In this document: positions 56,576 through 64,000 of the stretch, piece by piece
Layout: every line of letters starts with the position of its first letter
How positions within the stretch are numbered: position 1 is the stretch's first letter
Position numbers and translations under genes: made by a program
From: the human T2T-CHM13v2.0 reference genome, Homo sapiens
Assembly (NCBI RefSeq): GCF_009914755.1
Contig: NC_060943.1
Length of the DNA stretch: 64,000 bases
Reading direction: 5' to 3' (one strand)
The notes under the pieces: generated by a model
Databases searched by the model: none
What the model saw: only the letters and a program-made list of their open reading frames with translations
What the model was told of the DNA's origin: nothing

Positions 56576-57257
56576 TCCAGGACTCCGCACCCTGTGGGCT
56601 GCACAGGCCTGCATCATCAAGCTCCCTACCGCAGCTCCCTGTGAGGGCCCCTCCAGGGCCTCTTCCCGGCCCCTGCACCGCCTTCGTGGGTCTTTTCCCA
56701 GGTGCCCTGTGGGTTCCACCTGGGGCACGTTCCTGGGCCCCCGCACAGAAGCTCTCGTGAGTCTCTTCACGGGCTGTCTCACAGGTTTCCCCACAGGCCC
56801 CTTCACAACTGCCCTGGCGGCCTCCCCTCTGGCTCCTGTGGGGCCCCCCCCACTCCCTGGGCCTGGCCAGAGCGGGGCGCAGCTCCTGAGCGGCCTGGAC
56901 ATCCCTCCACCAGCAGCCAGCAGCTCTCCCTGGGCAGGGAGTGTGGGCCCGGCCGGCCCCGGCATTCCACCCTGCACTGTGACAGCACAATTGGTTCTAA
57001 AGGACACAGGCTGACGCCTTTCCTCCCCACTCCCCTCTCCGAGCCCCCGGAGGCAGAGGCCCCAGGTGAGGGGCTGCAGGTCAGGGAAGGAGGCTGGGTG
57101 GGGAGAGCGGGCCTCACCCTCGCTTTGGACAAGGAGGCCCTGTGGGAGGCTGGACGGTGGCACCCAGAAGATGCACCTGACGCCTGCCTCATGGTCTAGC
57201 AGTTAGGATCCCAGGCGGCCAGGGTTCAGCTCTCAGGGTGGGAACACCAAGCTTTTA

Positions 57258-57940
<683 letters not shown>

Positions 57941-57953
57941 GCCACTCACTCAC

Positions 57954-58079
57954 CTCCTCGAACACACTCTTCCGGAAGTCCAGCTCCTCCTGCAGGCTCT
58001 GGCAGCGGTTCTCCAGGTCCACACGCATCAGCGTCTCCTTCTCCAGCTGCTTTTTGGCCACTGCATGACCGTCCTCGGC
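57954..58079 (-). CDS. LMNB2: LMNB2 coil 1B exon
   Basis: [42 protein letters not shown]. Confidence 0.96.
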
Positions 58080-58165
58080 CTGGGAGACACAGGACAGCGA
58101 GCTGGTGTGACAATCTGTCTGTTGCATATACCCTGCTGGGGCGTCCCGTGGCTCCTGGCACCTAC

Positions 58166-58322
58166 CTTGGCCAGCTGGGCCCGCAGCTCAGCCACGTCAC
58201 TCTCCAGGCCGCGCTTGTCGCTGAGGGCAGCTGCCAGCTCCACCTCGCTCCGGTGGAACAGGGACTCCAGGTCCTTCACACGGCCCTGGGCCACCGTAAG
58301 CTCGCCCTCCCTCTTCTTGGCG
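58166..58322 (-). CDS. LMNB2: LMNB2 coil 1B exon; upstream exons lie beyond the window end
   Basis: [22 protein letters not shown]...AELRAQLAK. Confidence 0.96.
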
Positions 58323-58823
58323 CTGAAAGTCAAGAGGGCAAGTGAGTGGGGAGGGGCAAGGTCCATGGGGCCACAGGGAGCACCTCAGGGGGCGTCAGGC
58401 AAGCCCAAAGACAAGGTCACCGAGGCCTCCGAGCCCCAGACCTTCCCGTCCTGCAGACGACGCGGCCCCACGCGCCCAGGCAAAGGCACACGTGCCCTCA
58501 TCATCTGCCCTGCACTGTCAGGAGTCCAGCAAGTGACAGGCACCAGCGCTTGGGACCACCCTGGAGGCATGGGCTTTCCCAGCCTCTCCTGCCTGTTCTG
58601 GACCCAGGACGACCATTTGGGGAGAAATTAATGCATCCTCTGTAAATGTTACAAAGACCCTGGCCTTTGAAGGGTCAGCCTTGTTTGTAAACTTAAGCTG
58701 TCTGAAGCAGGCTCACCTGGTTTTCCACTAAACCAAATTAGCTCCAACATTAGATATTTAAGATAGCAAATACTCAGGCTTTTTAAACACACAAATACTA
58801 CCAGTGTGGATTGTAGGCACTTA

Positions 58824-58990
<167 letters not shown>

Positions 58991-59065
58991 TAAGCATAAT
59001 TATAAGTCTTGGAGCTGAATTTTACCCCCTCCCGACAGGGAACTAACTATATCCTCCCAAGAAAC

Positions 59066-59231
59066 AGTGAGGACACCCAGGGTTCCGCAGCGTCACAACT
59101 GCTGACATCTGGGGTGGTCTTGAGTGAGGGCACCCAGGGTTCTGCAGCGTCACAACTGCTGACATTTGGGGTGGTCGAGTGAGGACATCCAGGGTTCCGC
59201 AGCGTCACAACTGCTGACATTTGGGGTGGTC
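59066..59231. repeat. Tandem triplication of a 55-57 bp unit
   Basis: agtgaggacacccagggttccgcagcgtcacaactgctgacatttggggtggtc x3. Confidence 0.9.
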
Positions 59232-59382
59232 CTAGGCACTGCAGGGTGCTGAGCACTGTCCCTGGCCTCCACCCACTTCAGACCAGGAGCTTCTTGCTGC
59301 CCAGTTTTGACAACCACAAGTGTCCCCAGGAATCACCCAGTGTCCCCTGGGGACAGAATCACCCCAGGATGGGGACAACTGG
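59190..59382. mobile_element. MER20-like hAT DNA transposon relic
   Basis: tccctggcctccacccact...gacaaccacaagtgtccccag...tgtcccctgggg...aatcacccc resembles MER20 consensus. Confidence 0.65.
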
Positions 59383-59543
59383 GTGTATCTGGAATAACAC
59401 AGCCAAGGCTGCTGGCTGGACATTCAAAGAACATCCACATCCAGGCGGCTCGAGCCCGTGGCCAGAGGTCAGAAGTGACAGGGACCTCTCCTGCCCAGCA
59501 GAATGCACTCCCGACTCTCCCTAGAGCCTTTTTTTTTTTTTGA

Positions 59544-59702
<159 letters not shown>

Positions 59703-60000
59703 TAGTAGAGATGGGGTTTCTCCATGTTGGCCAGGCTGGTCTCGAACTCCCAACCTCAGGTGATCTGCCCGCCTCGGCCTCCAAAGTGCTGGGATTACAG
59801 GCGTGAACCACTGCGCCTGGTCCCCCAGGGCCTTTCAAAAGACCACCTAGGCATTTGCCCAAGAAATGAAAGTGACCCATAGCTGAAAGTGACCGTATGT
59901 CTGTCTAAGTATATCTCCATCAATAACTGTATTTATCTATATAATCTATGTCCGTATATATCAATTCTACAGATGGCTGTATCTTTTTTTTTTTTTTTGA

Positions 60001-60159
<159 letters not shown>

Positions 60160-60319
60160 TAGTAGAGACGGGGTTTCTCCATGTTGGTTAGCCTGGTCTT
60201 GAACTCCCATCCTCAAGTGATCTGTCCGCCTTGGCCTCCCAAAGTGCTGGGATTACAGGCATGAGCCACCGCACCCAGCCTTACAGATAGCTATATCTAT
60301 CTATTGCTCTATCTATTAC

Positions 60320-60646
60320 TGTCTATCCATCTACCCATCATCCATCCATCCATCCACCCATCATCCATCCATCCATCCACTCATCTGTCCATCTATCCAT
60401 CCACCCATCATCCATCCATCCATCTACTCATCCATCCATCATCTATCCATCATCTCCATCCATCCATCCTTCCATCCATCCCTCAATCATCTATCCATTC
60501 ATCCATCTACTCATCCATCCATCCATCCATCTATCCACTCATCCATCCATCATCTATCTATCCATTATCTATCCATCATCCATCCATCTACTCATCCATC
60601 CATCATCCGTCCACCCATCCAGCCATCCATCCATCATCCACCCATC
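60320..60646. repeat. Degenerate (CCAT)n tetranucleotide repeat
   Basis: tccatccatc arrays. Confidence 0.92.
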
Positions 60647-60679
60647 TCCCTCTCTCTCTCACTAGCTGCCAAGCTCTCA

Positions 60680-61120
60680 CTCTCTGTGGGACTCTTCCTT
60701 CCTTCCTTGTGTGACCCGGGGAGGGAGGGCTGCCTTCCCAGCTCACAGTGCCCTCCCTGCCTAGGATCCGTAATAAATCTTCAAACTTGTTTCCTATCGC
60801 TGTGCTGAATTTGCGCCTTCTGTCAGAAGAACCAGGAGCTGCCCCAGGCTGGGATCCCAGTGCCAGAGCGATGGTCGGACAGGCATACCCTGGACACAGG
60901 TCAGACACGAGCTACGGGGCAGCCACTGTGTAAACAGGTCTCTCGTGTGAGGGGTCCCTGGTCGGGGGTCAGACAACCAGGTCTAAGGCCACCTGCCAGG
61001 TAAAAGCATCCGTGCCGGGTACCCTGAATCCCGGGTCTGGCTCCGGTTGTGTCCCGCCAGGGCAGGGCGGCCAGCCGCTCTGGCGCTGGACCTGGTGTAG
61101 CCAGGGCTCTCCACACACTA
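60680..61120 (+). mobile_element. ERVL-type LTR fragment (MER73/MER74-like)
   Basis: aataaatcttcaaacttgtttcctat...gaatttgcgcctt...gaagaaccagg...gccaggtaaaag; family assigned from memory. Confidence 0.4.
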
Positions 61121-62253
61121 GAGGTGTGGCATCTGCTTGCTTTTGAGAGGCGTGAAGGCCAGAGACTTCGGCCACAAGGCTGATGCACCCCTGTCCGCAG
61201 CCCTCAGGGACACTAAGCTCTACTTCCCCACATGGAGCAGATCTCCAGCAGGGTCTGGGGTGCAGATCCCGCATCTCTGAGCACATGCCACACAGGCCAG
61301 GCCCTTTCGCTCAGAGGGCTGCGAGCCCTGCGGCCCTGCTGGGGATTTTTGCAGGGGTTTGGGGGAAGGTGGAATCTGTTGGGCAAATCCCGAGTGCCCG
61401 CTGTGTGGAAGGCACCGCTCTCACACCAGAGGTGCATCTAGAACCCTTGCCTTACACTGCGGGACGTCCTTGCGGAGGGAGGCATCAGCGACACAGGCTG
61501 CCTACCAGACAGGAGGTTGCCTGGGGGCAGGGCTGGAGTGGGGCTGGGAGACAACCCTGGGGGCAGAGACCTGAAGGAGCAGTGCTGGAGGAGCCAGGGC
61601 CACCGCTGCTGAAAGAGCCTTCCAGGCAGGCGAGCAGCAGTGCAAAGGCCCAGGGGTGAGGTGGAAGAGGCAGGCTGCAGACCAGCTCAGAGGACTGGAG
61701 CGGAGATCGGGGAATCCGGGAAGCTCCTCAGCAACTCGGTCTAAACCACAGGGTTCCGCAGGACTGCAGGGCACACCCAGAAGGCAGGGTGCGGGCTCCC
61801 AGGGCTCAGACCCGTTTCCTAAGCGCCAGGTGCTGAGTTAGAATCTTCAGCTGGGTGCCCGGGGTTTTGTGGCAGGCTCTGGCTTGTTAGGTCCTGCACG
61901 CTGCTCCCAGTGTTTCTCTCATTGTGGGGTTTTGGAGATAAATTTGTTAGGATAAGAAAAACATTAGGCTTGGCCCAGTGGCTCATACCTATACCCAGTG
62001 CTTTGGGAGGCTGAGGTGGGAGGATCACTTTAGCCTGGGAGTTGAAGACCAGCTTGAGCAACATAGCGAGACCTCATCTCTACAAATAATAAAAAAATTA
62101 GGCCAGGCATGGTGGTTTACATCTGTAATCCCAGCACTCTGGGAGGCCAAGGCGGGTGGATCGCTTAAGTCCAGGAGTTTGAGACCAGCCTGGCCAACTT
62201 GGTAAAAAAATTAGCTGGGCAAGGTGGTGTGAGCCTCTAATCCCAACTATTCA

Positions 62254-62388
<135 letters not shown>

Positions 62389-64000
62389 TTAGTTGGGTGT
62401 AGTGGTGCATGCCTGGGGTCCCAGCTACTCGGGGTGGGGCTGAGGCAGGATCACCTGAGCCTGGGAGTTCGAGGCTGCAGCGAGCTATGATTGTGCCACT
62501 GAGCTCCAGCCTAGGCAACAGAGACCCTGTCTTAATGAAAAGGAAAAGACGGGCCTCTCTGTAGATGCCACGCACTGCTCAGGAGATTGTGAACTGGGAA
62601 TTCCTCAACACCTAGGGCGGGCACTGTGTACCATTTTCTTTTTTTAATGTTTTAATTTGAGGTGAAATTCACATCCTGTACATTTCAACATCTTAAAGTG
62701 AACAGTTGAGAGGCGCCTGGTGCGGGGCCAGCAGCAGCTCTGTCCCATCTGCACGGTGTAGTTCTGACATTTCAGAGCTCCGTGCACCCCTGACCAAGCT
62801 CTAGTCATCCCACAGCCTGCATGGCTCCACTGATGAACCTGCTTATTAAACACGGTGGGTGCTGGAGGTAGACAGCACAGAGCTGCTGCCTGAGCAGGTC
62901 CCGGGGTGCACCTGTGCTGTGTGGGATGTGCTGAGAGTGGGCAGCCTGTCCTGGCTGGTGCCTGGCCCCAGGGTCCCCGGCTCATGGCCACCATCAGGGC
63001 ACAAATGGTCCCTCCTGGAGCCCCAGGCCCCGGGCAGGCGGGCGGTGGTCCCTGGGCTGACCTGGAGGGTCTCCTGTTGGGGAAGGGAAGTCAGCTCTCC
63101 ACGGGAGCAGCGCCAGCCCAGGAAGGAGGAGGGCGTCGGATGGAGAGGTCACCTGCAACCACGCATGGGGGCCCCGGCACTGTTGGACACAGGGTCCCCG
63201 GTCATTCCTCTGGCCACACTCCAACTCAGGGACAACGTGGATTCTCAAGCCACTGGCTGCTGTCACCCCCGTACCAGGTGGCCGAGGTGCCACCCCTCCT
63301 GCCAGCAGATCCCTCCATGCTGAGCCAGGCCTGCGTGGCTCTGGGAGAATGAGCAGTGTGGGAAGACCCTGACCCACCCCAGCCTGAGGAAATCCGAGGC
63401 ACCTGCAGGTGCCTGAATGCCGGTGGCCGGAGACCACGGAAGACAGTGTCCACACGCAGGGCACCAGAGACCTCGCTCTAGCTGGAGCCTCACATCAAGA
63501 AAAGCCTTGAGCTCAGTGTTTCATTGGCCTCCTGGCTCCTCTGAATAAATATTCCTTTTGTCATCATCGTTCTGTTTAAATTGCCGCCCAACCACATCCC
63601 ACGCCCAGAATCAGGCAAGACTCACTGCCAGGCTGAGAGGGGAGATCGTTTCTGCCGATGGACACAGTTGTCACCCAGAAGGACTTTGCAGCCAACCCTG
63701 GGGCAGCCCAACAACCCATGAGCACCCTGGTCACACACCACACACCCGAGCGTCCCAACAGCTGGGACAAAACCCCGGCACCAAGAACATCCAACCACAG
63801 GGAAATGCCTACGATGGGGCCTGAGGTCAAACGCGTCTCACGGTGTCCACTGGGTGCCGCCCGGGGTCTAGGTAAGCATGTGCAAGCGCGTGTGCACACT
63901 AAGGAGACAGGCCAGGCTGACCAGGAAGCCCTCTCTGGGGAGGCTCGCGGGAGATTTTACTTGTGAGCTTAAGCTGCCCTGCGCTTCCTGCTGTCCGATG

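Overview
Human genomic DNA recognised as the TMPRSS9-TIMM13-LMNB2 locus (19p13.3). The + strand carries the complete coding region of TMPRSS9/polyserase-1. Its 17 exons, mapped by GT-AG boundaries, sum to 3180 nt (1059 aa + stop), and an extra cassette exon plus an upstream acceptor add 34 aa of a SEA-type module. The - strand carries all of TIMM13 (3 exons, 95 aa) and ten 3' coding exons plus the 3'UTR of LMNB2, with the mirtron MIR7108 and the lamin B2 replication origin. Bases 1-43000 are very Alu-dense and also hold LTR12, MLT, MER and L1 fragments; 43800-47800 is CpG-island-like. This is a well-studied locus and I found no new protein-coding gene or prokaryote-type system. The most interesting unexplained structures are: (1) a 105-bp VNTR filling an LMNB2 intron whose unit contains a copy of the adjacent 5' splice site; (2) two convergent AATAAA...TTTATT bidirectional poly(A) cassettes bracketing TIMM13; (3) an LTR12 flanked by a ~57-bp duplication; (4) a 1.9-kb polypyrimidine tract grown from one Alu tail. 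Coordinates were counted by hand and repeat boundaries are approximate.
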